From Candidatus Moraniibacteriota bacterium (GTDB lineage Bacteria; Patescibacteriota; Minisyncoccia; Moranbacterales; UBA1568), in contig CAIOMK010000030.1 of NCBI GenBank assembly GCA_903859375.1, positions 5,238 through 69,237 of the forward strand: a stretch of 64,000 nucleotides of DNA. Reading direction: 5' to 3'. The notes beneath the pieces are model-generated. The model saw only the letters and a program-made list of their open reading frames with translations. It was not told the DNA's origin and searched no databases. The translations under genes and the position numbers were made by a program. This document shows, one piece after another, positions 38,415 through 49,200 of this stretch (positions within the stretch are counted from its first letter, which is position 1; the number at the start of each line of letters is the position of its first letter).

Positions 38415-40073
38415 TTATCGGGCACTATTCGCCATAACCGTATATACGTATGTTTTCTGACCTATTTTCTCATACTCCGTATTATTTTCCGAATCCAATT
38501 CATTGTTCACGTAAAATACGGGGGCACCGGAACGCGAAAACGTCCCGATATCCGTATCATCCACCCATATGAGGTTTTTTCCTTGTTCCGCAATCAGATA
38601 GGACAACGGCTGAAATGAATAATCCATGATTTTGTAATCCCCTCCCAGGTAGATGTCTGTCTGTCCGCCAGAATGGTCAATCAGATATTTCACTATCGGT
38701 TCGATCTCGCCCAAGACGACCGAATGCGAATAGATACGTTTCTGAGCCTGCAGTTCTTCGATGATGGACGAGTATGCCTTGGCATTCGACGCCAGTAAAA
38801 TCAAGAAAACGAGAGAGACAATCGCCCACCCCCATTTTTTATGGAGCCCGATCGCATATTCGGTCAGGAAACCGAGAAACATGAACGGCACGAAAAATGC
38901 GAAGCTGAAATATCTGAGTTCAAGCTTCTCTCCGACGATAGGCAACATGATCAACAGTGACAATCCGAGATATGAAACGACGAACCTGATCCACATTCGT
39001 TTATCACGGTCTTTCTCCCGCAGGAAGCGGTATGCGAGCATCACGTACCCGAATATCGAGAATGCGAGTCCGGCGAACAGCGATGGCATGAATATCCGAC
39101 TCTTGAAATCTTTCAACGTCCTTCCGAATAACAAGGAGTCATAATAGTATGCACAGCTGTCCTGTCCGAATGACGAAATCATATACGAGTTCGCTTCGAT
39201 ATGACAGCCGATATCGTTTATCGGTCCATATCCGCGATTGACAGACGCTTGCCCATCGACCGCCTCGCTCTGTGCAAAATAGTTCAGGAATATTCCCATA
39301 TTAGCGAAACCCGTCTCCGCCTCACTCCGTATCTGTCCGATGTTCAACGCTGCCGCAATGACGCACACGACGAGCAATCGTTTCCATACGCCTCTTTGCC
39401 GGACCAACATATGAACGGATACGAGCAGAAAGAACGATGAGAACAATATGAGCAGTATGACATGCAGCTGGATTCCCACACCGAGTGCCGTCCCCAGAAG
39501 GACAACCCATCGCCATCGAGCCTGTTCACCCTTGATTTTGAATTCATACAGGGAAAGCAGAAACAACAGGACAAAGAACGGTATGAGGTTCGAATTCCAT
39601 GCGAAACGCGAAAAGCGGACAGCGAAGAATGAGACGGCATACAGGCCCGTCAGAGCAAGTGATACGCTGTCATCAAAGAGCTTCTTAAAAAAGAAAAATA
39701 GGAGCGGGATGGACAGGATACCGAAAAAAACATCAGGATACGCCATAGCCTCGGCTTTCATACCGAATATTTTCGCCGAAAGTATCTGGAAATAATAATA
39801 TATCGGGCCCACTTTGAAATGCGTTCCGTTGTCGGTCGAATAGTTTCCCATCGCCGGCCCGAGGAGCGGCCACACCGCACCGTTCTCGACGACGCCTTGA
39901 ACCAGGCTCGCATCTCGGGACTGATCGCCCTTGAACTCGAGCCAGTCGTGGAAATGGTATGTGCGCAGGAAGAGTCCGACTGCCAATATCGAAAACAATG
40001 CCGTCAGAAGAGCAACTTTTTTTGATATCCGCAGGCCATGTATAACGTATTCGTTCATAGTTGTGGGTATCAT
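38415..40073 (-). CDS. GT-C ArnT/PMT-like glycosyltransferase, paralog B
   Basis: 552 aa. FLRTYHFHDWLEFKGDQSRDASLV signature. Lies 9 nt from paralog A. Confidence 0.7.
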   Translation of the reverse strand: MIPTTMNEYVIHGLRISKKVALLTALFSILAVGLFLRTYHFHDWLEFKGDQSRDASLVQGVVENGAVWPLLGPAMGNYSTDNGTHFKVGPIYYYFQILSAKIFGMKAEAMAYPDVFFGILSIPLLFFFFKKLFDDSVSLALTGLYAVSFFAVRFSRFAWNSNLIPFFVLLFLLSLYEFKIKGEQARWRWVVLLGTALGVGIQLHVILLILFSSFFLLVSVHMLVRQRGVWKRLLVVCVIAAALNIGQIRSEAETGFANMGIFLNYFAQSEAVDGQASVNRGYGPINDIGCHIEANSYMISSFGQDSCAYYYDSLLFGRTLKDFKSRIFMPSLFAGLAFSIFGYVMLAYRFLREKDRDKRMWIRFVVSYLGLSLLIMLPIVGEKLELRYFSFAFFVPFMFLGFLTEYAIGLHKKWGWAIVSLVFLILLASNAKAYSSIIEELQAQKRIYSHSVVLGEIEPIVKYLIDHSGGQTDIYLGGDYKIMDYSFQPLSYLIAEQGKNLIWVDDTDIGTFSRSGAPVFYVNNELDSENNTEYEKIGQKTYVYTVMANSAR

Positions 40074-40076
40074 TTC

Positions 40077-41729
40077 CTATTCTTGTTTCACTGTCTGATA
40101 TATATACAGGCTTTCACCACTCCAGCGATTCAGAACGTCCTTCTGATCTGTCGTTTTTGCACAGCCCATAAAGAACGTCCGGGCATCCTCCGGAACATTA
40201 CCATACGAATCATTCGCCCTCATCACTGTAACTCCCCGTTTATCCGCCAAATATATTACCGAATTGAGTGCAGACGACAACCGCCTGTCTTTGGACACAT
40301 ACACGCTTTCCCTGTCCGAATGGGCGGAAATAAAATTCACGAGAGGCTCGATTTCACCAAGCGTCGTCGCGCCGGAACAGGTTGCGTTCTGCGCCGAAAG
40401 TACCGCGGACTTTCCTCCGACGACGGTCAGATTGAAGAAGGCAATCAATATGAACAAAATGACGACAAACACAATCGCATTCACACGGTTCCAACTCTCG
40501 AATATTGATTTTACAAGCAATCCGAACAAGACATACGGCACAAAAAAGATGAAACTGAAATATCTCAGGTCGGCGATGGAACCGTCACTCAAAGGGTACA
40601 TGACGATGAACCCGAGTCCGCAATATAAAGCGAACAATCGGAGGAAATATGACTTTCTTTCTGTGTTTTCTTTCCAGACATTCCGAGCCAACAAGACATA
40701 TCCGGCAGTGGACAAAACGAGACCGAGGAGCAGAAGAGCAGCATCGCTCGCACTATGAGGATTCCTTACGTGGATATCACTGAAGTCTCCTGAAAGAATT
40801 TTGGCATAATCATGGGTGCAGTTGCTGAGCCCGAACGACGATCCATATGATGACAGATACAGGAAATTCGCCTCGATATGACAGCTCACGTCGTTTCCCA
40901 GCTTGTTCAGGATACCTCCACTGGCAGGATTTATCGAGGCGTCTGTGTTGGAAAAAAATCCAAAGAAGGCTTTGGTATTGCCGAAATCCGTCATCGACTC
41001 GTTCACTATCTGACTCCCGTTCAATAACAAGAATATCGAAAGGACAATCGCCCATTCTTTCCATATGACAGGGTCCTTCCTCATCGAAAAGAAAAAGACG
41101 AAAAAAACCACACCTGAGAAAAGGATCATCGTTATGGCATGCAGTTGGAAACCAACCCCCCATGCGATTCCGAGCAATATCGCCCACAACCACGGACGTT
41201 TCTCTTTCTCCCCTATGAATTTCAGGAGGGAATACAGGAAGAGCAGGACAAAAAACGGGATCGGGTTGCTGCTCCATGCGAATCGTGAATAACTGATGAG
41301 ATATGCCGATATCGAATAGAGGCCCGTAAGACCCAATGATAGGTTCCTATCGAAATACATCCTCATGAAGAGAAAGAATAGAGGGAGTGAAAGTATGGAG
41401 AAGAACACGTCCGGATATGCCAACGTATCCGGATAATTCCCAAACACTTTTGCCGATACGATCTGGAAATAATAATAGATTGGTCCCACATGGAAGGACT
41501 CTGCCTCAGTGGCTCCCGAATGGCTCAAAAAAGGTCCGAGGAGAGGCCATGAGGATTCTCCGGAGATGACTTGGTCTACACGGATCGCATCCCTACTCTG
41601 ATCGTCTCTGAATTGCAGCCAATCGTGAAAATTGTAGGTACGAAGAAAAACACCGACTGCCATGATGGCGAGCAGAATCCATATATGCCTCGAAACAGGC
41701 CACATCTTCCTCCACGAAAATGGCGTCAT
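40077..41729 (-). CDS. GT-C ArnT/PMT-like glycosyltransferase, paralog C
   Basis: 550 aa. FLRTYNFHDWLQFRDDQSRDAIRV signature. 3-nt gap to paralog B. Confidence 0.7.
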   Translation of the reverse strand: MTPFSWRKMWPVSRHIWILLAIMAVGVFLRTYNFHDWLQFRDDQSRDAIRVDQVISGESSWPLLGPFLSHSGATEAESFHVGPIYYYFQIVSAKVFGNYPDTLAYPDVFFSILSLPLFFLFMRMYFDRNLSLGLTGLYSISAYLISYSRFAWSSNPIPFFVLLFLYSLLKFIGEKEKRPWLWAILLGIAWGVGFQLHAITMILFSGVVFFVFFFSMRKDPVIWKEWAIVLSIFLLLNGSQIVNESMTDFGNTKAFFGFFSNTDASINPASGGILNKLGNDVSCHIEANFLYLSSYGSSFGLSNCTHDYAKILSGDFSDIHVRNPHSASDAALLLLGLVLSTAGYVLLARNVWKENTERKSYFLRLFALYCGLGFIVMYPLSDGSIADLRYFSFIFFVPYVLFGLLVKSIFESWNRVNAIVFVVILFILIAFFNLTVVGGKSAVLSAQNATCSGATTLGEIEPLVNFISAHSDRESVYVSKDRRLSSALNSVIYLADKRGVTVMRANDSYGNVPEDARTFFMGCAKTTDQKDVLNRWSGESLYIYQTVKQE

Positions 41730-41741
41730 ATCTTCGAACGT

Positions 41742-43361
41742 TTATCGGATCCGATATATACCCACCTGCCCGACGTCCCGATGGTCGATGAAGGTCATCC
41801 CGCCGATTTCCCGATTACCGCCATCCCCGAGTATCGACCCCACATAGAATGCAGAAGCACCGGAAGGGACGCCTCCGATATCGATGCCTCGTTTTAGGGT
41901 CAACCCCTTTTCAGCAGACAGATATATGAGTGTCTTGTTGTATGGGGAATAGTATTTGGTTCCGCCGAACAGGTATGCCGTCTGTCCGGAAGAATTTTCG
42001 ACGATAAAATCGGCAAGCAGTTGAGCCGCATCCAAAACGAGATATCCGGAATCCGCGCGCGTCTTGTCCGCCAACGAAAGAGCCTCGGTACGGATGGACG
42101 AGAGGTTTGTTCCGATAAGGATGGCGAACAGTGCAATCGTTATCGCAAGATATTTCCTCGGATAGTTCCGCTTCAGGTATCCGATCAACAGGCCGATGAA
42201 GACGAACGGCAGAAACGTCATGTGGATGAAATAGCGCATCGGTGCCAGATCGATGATCGGCAACATGACCAGAAATGACATCACGGAATACAGGAGGACG
42301 ACTCCGGTGAAGTATTTTTTCGTCTTTTCCTGTTCCTTCCACGTCATATATACGAGCATCCCATACCCGAAGACCGAAAAACAGAGGCTCGCGAATATTC
42401 CAAGCCGGGCGGATTTACTGCTCGGCAGACGCAATGCGGAATTCGGTTTCATATTTCTCGCCTTCGAGTAGAGAAAATCGCAGTTCTCCTTGTTGCCGAG
42501 AGACGAGGAAATAAGAGAATTCGCCTGCGCCGTACACGCGATATCGAGCACCGTATTCCTCAGGAACCGGCTTCCCCCGCTATTGTCAGACTTGTCCGAA
42601 AACGATGCGAGGAAGACTTTCGTATTCGCGTAATCGGTTCGCTGTTCATGAATAATCTGACCGGTATTCGCCGCGACGACGAGTACGGCTACCACCGCCC
42701 ACCGACTCCATGTCTTCCGACTTTTTATCATCAGGAACAGGAACGACACTCCGGCTGTTCCCAGCATGGTCAGGAGCAGTATCGCGTGCAATTGGGAGCC
42801 TATCCCGATTGAAATACCCAAAAGGATGATCCATATCCATCGAGTCTTTTCTTTCGCAAGAAGAAACTCCCAAAGTGAAATCAGGAACAGTATCACGAAG
42901 AACGGAATCGGGTTCGGATTCCATGCGAACCGTGAATACTCGATCGCATAATACGATATGCCGTACAGTCCCGTCAGGGACAATGCGACTTTTTTATCGA
43001 AATACCGCTTCAGGAACACGTAGAGGAGCGGGATGGACAGAAGATTGAAGAACAGGTCCGGATACGCCAGCTTGTCGGGACCGATTCCGAATATCTTTAC
43101 CGAAACGATCTGAAAATAATAGTATGCCGGACCGAGGAGGAATCCGGTATTCCCCATCGACGATCCGAGCAGCGGCCAAGGGGCGTTGTTTTTCACCACG
43201 TTCTCCACGAGGAATGCGTCCCGAGCCTGATCGTTCCCGAAATGAAGCCAATCGTGGAAATTATATGTCCGAAAAAAGACGGCGAGCACGAAGAGAGCTA
43301 CGATCATAAAATAAAACGTCCGTTCCGACCGGATAATCCGGCAGATTCGTTCCTTCATCAT
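41742..43361 (-). CDS. GT-C ArnT/PMT-like glycosyltransferase, paralog D
   Basis: 539 aa. FFRTYNFHDWLHFGNDQARDAFLV signature. Confidence 0.7.
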   Translation of the reverse strand: MMKERICRIIRSERTFYFMIVALFVLAVFFRTYNFHDWLHFGNDQARDAFLVENVVKNNAPWPLLGSSMGNTGFLLGPAYYYFQIVSVKIFGIGPDKLAYPDLFFNLLSIPLLYVFLKRYFDKKVALSLTGLYGISYYAIEYSRFAWNPNPIPFFVILFLISLWEFLLAKEKTRWIWIILLGISIGIGSQLHAILLLTMLGTAGVSFLFLMIKSRKTWSRWAVVAVLVVAANTGQIIHEQRTDYANTKVFLASFSDKSDNSGGSRFLRNTVLDIACTAQANSLISSSLGNKENCDFLYSKARNMKPNSALRLPSSKSARLGIFASLCFSVFGYGMLVYMTWKEQEKTKKYFTGVVLLYSVMSFLVMLPIIDLAPMRYFIHMTFLPFVFIGLLIGYLKRNYPRKYLAITIALFAILIGTNLSSIRTEALSLADKTRADSGYLVLDAAQLLADFIVENSSGQTAYLFGGTKYYSPYNKTLIYLSAEKGLTLKRGIDIGGVPSGASAFYVGSILGDGGNREIGGMTFIDHRDVGQVGIYRIR

Positions 43362-45016
43362 TTTTTCATTAATGTATATATCATGATCCTCCCGAACCGT
43401 TCATATCCGAGAATGGCGTTGCCATCTACCTTGTCCCCGATCATATACGGCCTCGATTTGATACCGTCTATGTAGAAAAATCGTGTCCCACTTACGAAGG
43501 GTTCCTTGTTTCCCGGACGTACCACAACAGACCCCGATCGTTTGGCGATATAATCGAACGGTTTGAGAAATCGTTTCAGATACATCGTCGATCCATCGAT
43601 ATGGACGGTCCCAAGAGAATCGGTATTCGCGATGAGAAAGGCGACCATCGATTCGGCTTCGCCCAATATGCTGTCGTCGACGGAACTTGCGCTTTTGTCC
43701 ACATACGGCCGTGCCGAAACTATCAGCACAGACACATTCACAAAGAGGAACATCACCATGACAAGTACGTCGGCGGCACCCAGTCGTATCGCTTTCATTT
43801 TTTTCCCAGCGCATGTGTCCAACCAGAGTCCGAGCAAAATGAACGGGATGAAAAACAGGATACTGAAATAACGGACTTCTATCTGGGAAGCCACCGGAAC
43901 GAGCACGATGAACGAAATGAAATTATAGAAAAGTATCAATCCGAGGAACGTGCGTTTCTCTTCGCGCGGTTCCTTTCTCAGGGCTCGTATGGCGAGAACG
44001 TATCCGCCGATTGAGAACAACAATGTCGCAATCATCTCCGCAATGAACAAAACGCCATTTACTGTGGCTCCCGCCGGAACCAACCGGTTTATTTTGAAAC
44101 TCTTGGCAATATTGAACATTCCTCCGCATTCCTGTACGTTTATCGCGGAAAATATGATATGAGTGTTCGCCTGCATCTGACACGATGTGATGAGCGATAT
44201 GTTCCGCAGCAACGTATTCCCCTGCACGCTTGATTCACTGCCGGCACCCCTAAATAACTGACTGCTATTGGCGCCACCGGTACGTAGCTCGTACGAGATC
44301 TGGCCGTAATTCATCAGGAGAAAGAAAGAGAGCACCACTACGAAAATCTGCCACGTAAGATTTTTTTTCACGAGCAGGTACACGCACATTCCGACGGCTG
44401 TCAGAGGCATGATCAAAAACAGCAGGGTATGCAATTGGATGCCGACGCCCATACCGACACCGACCGATATGGCCGAACGATATTTTCCCGCTTTTCCATT
44501 GTCCGCAAGGCCGAGGAGTCCGTAGAGGAACAGGAGCGTGAAAAAAGGGATAGTATTAGGATTTGATGCGAACCGCGAAATCTGAATCGCGAAAAGCGAC
44601 ACACTCAGCAATGCGCTCAGGAAAAGTGACATTCGTACGGAAAAATATTTCCGCAGGAAGAGAAACAGCATCGGAATCGAGAGAATCGAAAAAATCAAAT
44701 CAAAATAGGCGATCTTGTCAGGAGCGTTTCCGAAAACGAGGGCCGACACATATTCGGCCTGATAGTAGAGCGGGCCGAGATAGAACTGTGTATTCCCCGC
44801 CTGCGGACCGAGCGCTGGAAGAGGCGCCTTGCCCGTGATGGCGTCGCTGATATAAGTCGCATCACGCGCCTCGTCGGGGCTGAATCGGAGCCAGTCATGA
44901 AACTGGTATGTACGGCAGAATACGCCCACGATCATGATGGCGAGCAATACCCAGAAATATTTCGGAACCGCCCTGATCCGCGAAACGATAGCTTTATTCG
45001 TCATAGGAAACAACAC
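43358..45016 (-). CDS. GT-C ArnT/PMT-like glycosyltransferase, paralog E
   Basis: 552 aa. FCRTYQFHDWLRFSPDEARDATYI signature. 4-nt overlap with paralog D. Confidence 0.7.
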   Translation of the reverse strand: MLFPMTNKAIVSRIRAVPKYFWVLLAIMIVGVFCRTYQFHDWLRFSPDEARDATYISDAITGKAPLPALGPQAGNTQFYLGPLYYQAEYVSALVFGNAPDKIAYFDLIFSILSIPMLFLFLRKYFSVRMSLFLSALLSVSLFAIQISRFASNPNTIPFFTLLFLYGLLGLADNGKAGKYRSAISVGVGMGVGIQLHTLLFLIMPLTAVGMCVYLLVKKNLTWQIFVVVLSFFLLMNYGQISYELRTGGANSSQLFRGAGSESSVQGNTLLRNISLITSCQMQANTHIIFSAINVQECGGMFNIAKSFKINRLVPAGATVNGVLFIAEMIATLLFSIGGYVLAIRALRKEPREEKRTFLGLILFYNFISFIVLVPVASQIEVRYFSILFFIPFILLGLWLDTCAGKKMKAIRLGAADVLVMVMFLFVNVSVLIVSARPYVDKSASSVDDSILGEAESMVAFLIANTDSLGTVHIDGSTMYLKRFLKPFDYIAKRSGSVVVRPGNKEPFVSGTRFFYIDGIKSRPYMIGDKVDGNAILGYERFGRIMIYTLMKK

Positions 45017-45017
45017 T

Positions 45018-47165
45018 TTATTTGGACTCTATCGTTATCGAATCGACCAGGGCCGCCTGGTGCTTTTTCTTCGCCGTCGAGATCTGCACCGCTTTTCCCG
45101 CATCATCACGTATCGAGAATGGGACATCGTTTTCTCCGGGCTTAAGAGTACTCGTGACGACATACTCCCGCAGATCGCCGTCAAGGGTACCCGCGGACTG
45201 CACATCGTTTTGGATCGAGAATTTCAGACCGGACGAAGCCCCTTTCAACGAAACATGTATCGTCACCGTCTTGGCGACCGTATCCATATTGAAGATTTTG
45301 AGCCCCGCGCCGTCGCCGATCTCGCGGTATTGCTTTTTGTCATCACCTGCGAACTGAGTCGAGATCTGATCGTTCTTCAATCCGAGCGAGAAATAATATC
45401 CGGTCGGAACCTTCTGTGCGATTTCGTAGGCGATCAGAGAGTCGTCCTCATACCGGTTTGCATAAGCGATATATTTCTCGATGAACGACTGTGCGAGCCG
45501 TTGCATGGCCTCGTCGGCATACGTCTTGCTGATGGTGACATATCTCACATGATGATAATTCAGGATGTCGGTCGCCTGCGACCAATCAAACCCCTTCAGG
45601 ATATCGGTCATGTCCTTCTTGTCCGGATCGTTTCCTTTTGGAATCGTATACAGCAGTTGCTTGATGATCGGCGTCTCCTGTTGCATGTCGAACTGACCGC
45701 TGATCTTGCGTGCAAGTGGCATGCCGTTGAGCACTGGCTTCTTATGCACGGTATCGGTCAGCATCGCGTAACTGGCGAACTCGTAATTCGTCGAACCGGG
45801 TATCTCGATGAGTGAGTACGACTCGGTATCTTTCGCGATTCGGTCGTAAAACGGCGAATAGGCAACCATCATGGTCGACATCGGCGCCACCCAGAACTCG
45901 AACAGGATCACCACTGAAAACAAGGCGGTGTACACGTTTTTTTTCAGCGTATATTTTGTCTGCAGGAACGCCGACGCATACGCGGTCAGCATTGCCACTC
46001 CCGCCATCGAGATGACGAAGATGCGTCCCGTCGTACGGATATTCTCATAGAAAGGGACGAACTTATAGATCAGATAGTACGGCAGATACACGGTGAATGA
46101 CCCGAGAGAAAAGGATGCTCCGAGCGCGAGCACGTAAAATACCACCGTCACGGCACCCCACAATATCAGATCCTGGCGATATCCCTTATCCTTGAATCCG
46201 ACGCCCTTGTCGCGTACGAGGAAGTACAGGAAATACGCGATTACTGCCAGGACGGCGAATCCGACGAAGTACGATCCCCTGTTGGAATCGCCGAATACAT
46301 GGTCTTGGATCTTCGCACTGAGACCGCCCCATATCGCATGGAAGACCGGAGGCATGATCGGGTCGAGTATCTTGATGGAATATTTGTTCGCCGCGTTCAT
46401 GCCCGCGGACAAGAAGTTGTTGTCCGATGTGGCGACTTTCAACATATCCCCGAACATGCCGAATATCACTATCGTGAGCAGGCACGCCGAACCGACGACG
46501 TAGAACCAGAATTTTCGATTGCGGACCGTTTCACGGTTCACATATATCCGATATGCCGCGAAAAAGACGACATAGATCAGTGTGAATGCGAGAAATTGAT
46601 GCTCGCTCATCGCGATAAGAAAGGCGAACAGTCCGGTCGTCGCGAAATGCCTGAATCGCAGATCATCGAAAAATTTGGCCAGGAACAGCATCAGGAAAGG
46701 CAACCATTGCTGTTGCATTGTCCCGAGATGCACCGCGACCGATTGGTAATAATGAAACGGGGCGAACGCGAACACCAACCCTGCCACGAACGACGCACGG
46801 TCGTTTTTCGTGTAGTGTCTCGCCAGAAGAAACATGCCCACTCCGCTGAGAACGTACGTCAGGAGAAATATCACATTGTACGCCGCTATCTTTCCCATCA
46901 GCAGGCCCAGGAGGACATATGGTGTGAACGTGTTCAGACTTTTCAGGATGGACAGGGAGCCGTGGATGAAATCCGACGATCGGACCTGCACTATCCTGGT
47001 ATCGATACTGGAAATGACCTGATAGACGTCTCCCCCACCCTTCGGGATCTCATTTCCCATCCTCAATACCAACGGGAACGTGAACAACAGGGCTATCACG
47101 AAATACAGCGCGGAAGCGGTAAGGACGGGATGCTTTTCCGCCAATTTCAGTATCGTTCTTTTCAT
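45018..47165 (-). CDS. large polytopic membrane protein, possibly YfhO-like (GT-C-related)
   Basis: Start at the ATG at 47165 (MKRTILKLAEKH). About 715 aa, multi-TM N-terminal two-thirds and soluble C-terminus. Gene-level confidence is higher than the family guess (about 0.3). Confidence 0.55.
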   Translation of the reverse strand: MKRTILKLAEKHPVLTASALYFVIALLFTFPLVLRMGNEIPKGGGDVYQVISSIDTRIVQVRSSDFIHGSLSILKSLNTFTPYVLLGLLMGKIAAYNVIFLLTYVLSGVGMFLLARHYTKNDRASFVAGLVFAFAPFHYYQSVAVHLGTMQQQWLPFLMLFLAKFFDDLRFRHFATTGLFAFLIAMSEHQFLAFTLIYVVFFAAYRIYVNRETVRNRKFWFYVVGSACLLTIVIFGMFGDMLKVATSDNNFLSAGMNAANKYSIKILDPIMPPVFHAIWGGLSAKIQDHVFGDSNRGSYFVGFAVLAVIAYFLYFLVRDKGVGFKDKGYRQDLILWGAVTVVFYVLALGASFSLGSFTVYLPYYLIYKFVPFYENIRTTGRIFVISMAGVAMLTAYASAFLQTKYTLKKNVYTALFSVVILFEFWVAPMSTMMVAYSPFYDRIAKDTESYSLIEIPGSTNYEFASYAMLTDTVHKKPVLNGMPLARKISGQFDMQQETPIIKQLLYTIPKGNDPDKKDMTDILKGFDWSQATDILNYHHVRYVTISKTYADEAMQRLAQSFIEKYIAYANRYEDDSLIAYEIAQKVPTGYYFSLGLKNDQISTQFAGDDKKQYREIGDGAGLKIFNMDTVAKTVTIHVSLKGASSGLKFSIQNDVQSAGTLDGDLREYVVTSTLKPGENDVPFSIRDDAGKAVQISTAKKKHQAALVDSITIESK

Positions 47166-47176
47166 GTGAGATATGG

Positions 47177-48982
47177 TTATTCGGCACCGTCGATTCGGAT
47201 AGCGTTCGCATTGTCGTCCGTGATACCGAACACATCCTTCCAAAAAACTCGGTCGGTGTTGGTCTTCGCCTTGTTGAATTTATATTCCTCCACGATACGG
47301 TTCGGGAAGTTCAATTCATACACCATCAGCTGTCCGAACTGTTTCGAATCGATGGCGGTGATGTCGGTCCCGAATTTCTTGGTCACGGGAGCGAGTCCGT
47401 TCTTGGCCGGCGTGACCGCAAAGAACTGCGCGTCGGCATCGGTCTTGTTCGTCATCGTTGCCGATCTCAGGCTCGCATCATGCTTCGAGTAGAACAGGAA
47501 TTCGATCGGCCTCACATGCTCCGGCTTCACATAATAGTACAATGTCGACCCTTCCTTGTGGCGCGCGTACATCCAATCGGTCACTCCTTTCAGCTGTCCC
47601 AGGGTAACCCCGTCCTTCGCTTTCAGGATCAAGGTCCGTTTCACAGTGAAATCGCTCTTCTGAGACTTCGCCTGCTCTTTGAACCATGCGTACGTCCCAT
47701 AGGTGTTCCATCCCACAATACCCGCTGTGAGGAGGAGTGCGATCGCGATGGCATGCGTGCGTTTCAGCTTCTCATCCAGATATTCGAAGACGAGTCCGAG
47801 CAGTATGAACGGGACCGCGAACACCACGATATAGAACCGCGGCCGGAGCTGGAACGCGACCGGCACCGTCAGTATCGTAAACACCGCCACCCAGGCGATG
47901 ATCAGGACGAGGAAGTCCTGTTGCGTGTCCGTGAGCGTTTTTTTCCTCAGATTGCGGAATATGAGGACGGCGCCGGCAAGAAATATGAGCGCCGTGACGG
48001 AAAGCGCCGGCAATTCAGCGGTCATCGAACCGCCATAGCACTGGGATGTCGTCACGAGGCAGTAATACTTGGCATTCTCCGTCACCGTCTTCACGAGCTT
48101 GTCGGCAAACGGCTTTTTCTCAGCCTTCGATCCGAGCGCCTCGATGAAATTCTTGGTGTTCTGTCCGTTCTTATAGTATTCGCTGATGAACACCGGCGTA
48201 TAGAAGAACGAGAACACGAGCAGTGCGATTCCGGAATACAGCGCGATCTTTTTGAGCGTTTCTTTCTTCACGCATGCGACAATCGACTCCTTCTTCCAGA
48301 GTCGGAAATGCGTGATAAACAACAGTCCGGAAATACCAACGAGACTGAAAAATCCGAAAAAGTGCAGCTGCGAGCCGATCGTAATACCGGTCGCCCACAT
48401 GATCAGCCACCATTTCCTACGTCTCCCGTCCGGCTCGTTCAGGAATCGGAGCAAGCCGTAGAAACTGAGCAACAAGAAGAATTGGAGCGAATTCGGATTC
48501 CACGCGAATCGCGAATACTGGATGATGATGAACGAGAACGCATACATCGCCGTTATGAGCAGAGCGTTCCGTTTGGAGAAGTACAGACCGGCGAGGAGGA
48601 ATACCAGCGGTATCGCGAGTATGGAAAACAGTAGATCAGGGTAGGCGTAGACATACGGCTCCGTCGAATTGAACAACACTCCGGACGCGTATTGGAAATA
48701 ATAGAATATCGGCCCGAGGCGCAGAAACCCGTGTTTGAGAGCCACAGCACCGGCGCGAGCACCGAGCAAAGGCAAATATTGCGGCCCGTTCAAGACGGCA
48801 TTGCTGATAAGGAGCGCGTCCCGGCTTTGGTCCATCTTGAAATAGAGCCAGTCGTCGAATGTGTAGGTGCGCACGAATATCGCCGCGAGGAGGATGGCCA
48901 GGAGCGCCAACCACACCGCATTTTTGCTGATGAATTTTTTCAGGTTCTGCATATGTTCGTTACTACTCTTCGAGACTGTCAT
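47177..48982 (-). CDS. GT-C ArnT/PMT-like glycosyltransferase, paralog G
   Basis: 601 aa. FVRTYTFDDWLYFKMDQSRDALLI signature. Confidence 0.7.
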   Translation of the reverse strand: MTVSKSSNEHMQNLKKFISKNAVWLALLAILLAAIFVRTYTFDDWLYFKMDQSRDALLISNAVLNGPQYLPLLGARAGAVALKHGFLRLGPIFYYFQYASGVLFNSTEPYVYAYPDLLFSILAIPLVFLLAGLYFSKRNALLITAMYAFSFIIIQYSRFAWNPNSLQFFLLLSFYGLLRFLNEPDGRRRKWWLIMWATGITIGSQLHFFGFFSLVGISGLLFITHFRLWKKESIVACVKKETLKKIALYSGIALLVFSFFYTPVFISEYYKNGQNTKNFIEALGSKAEKKPFADKLVKTVTENAKYYCLVTTSQCYGGSMTAELPALSVTALIFLAGAVLIFRNLRKKTLTDTQQDFLVLIIAWVAVFTILTVPVAFQLRPRFYIVVFAVPFILLGLVFEYLDEKLKRTHAIAIALLLTAGIVGWNTYGTYAWFKEQAKSQKSDFTVKRTLILKAKDGVTLGQLKGVTDWMYARHKEGSTLYYYVKPEHVRPIEFLFYSKHDASLRSATMTNKTDADAQFFAVTPAKNGLAPVTKKFGTDITAIDSKQFGQLMVYELNFPNRIVEEYKFNKAKTNTDRVFWKDVFGITDDNANAIRIDGAE

Positions 48983-49200
48983 AATAATGACGTATTATCA
49001 CAGTTTTTGGCTTATTTGAGAGGACTTTTTATTTTTTTTTCGGTATATGCCCGTACCGACTAAAAACGCCTCTTCCAAACGGAATTATACCTGTAAACAA
49101 CCCCCTTGCGCAAGCCACCGAAGCCGGTCCGAAACTCCATAAAACGTTATTTTTATGCTACTATACGAATATTATATTCTAATCGACGAGACCAAACCGT

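Noticed and set aside
44934-48634. Long plus-strand ORFs (293, 397, 384 aa) across the GT-C array
   Set aside because: All are antisense to the hydrophobic minus-strand GT-C/YfhO-like genes. Their translations are Arg/His/Glu-rich with no TM helices or motifs. The minus-strand frames give coherent multi-TM paralogs.
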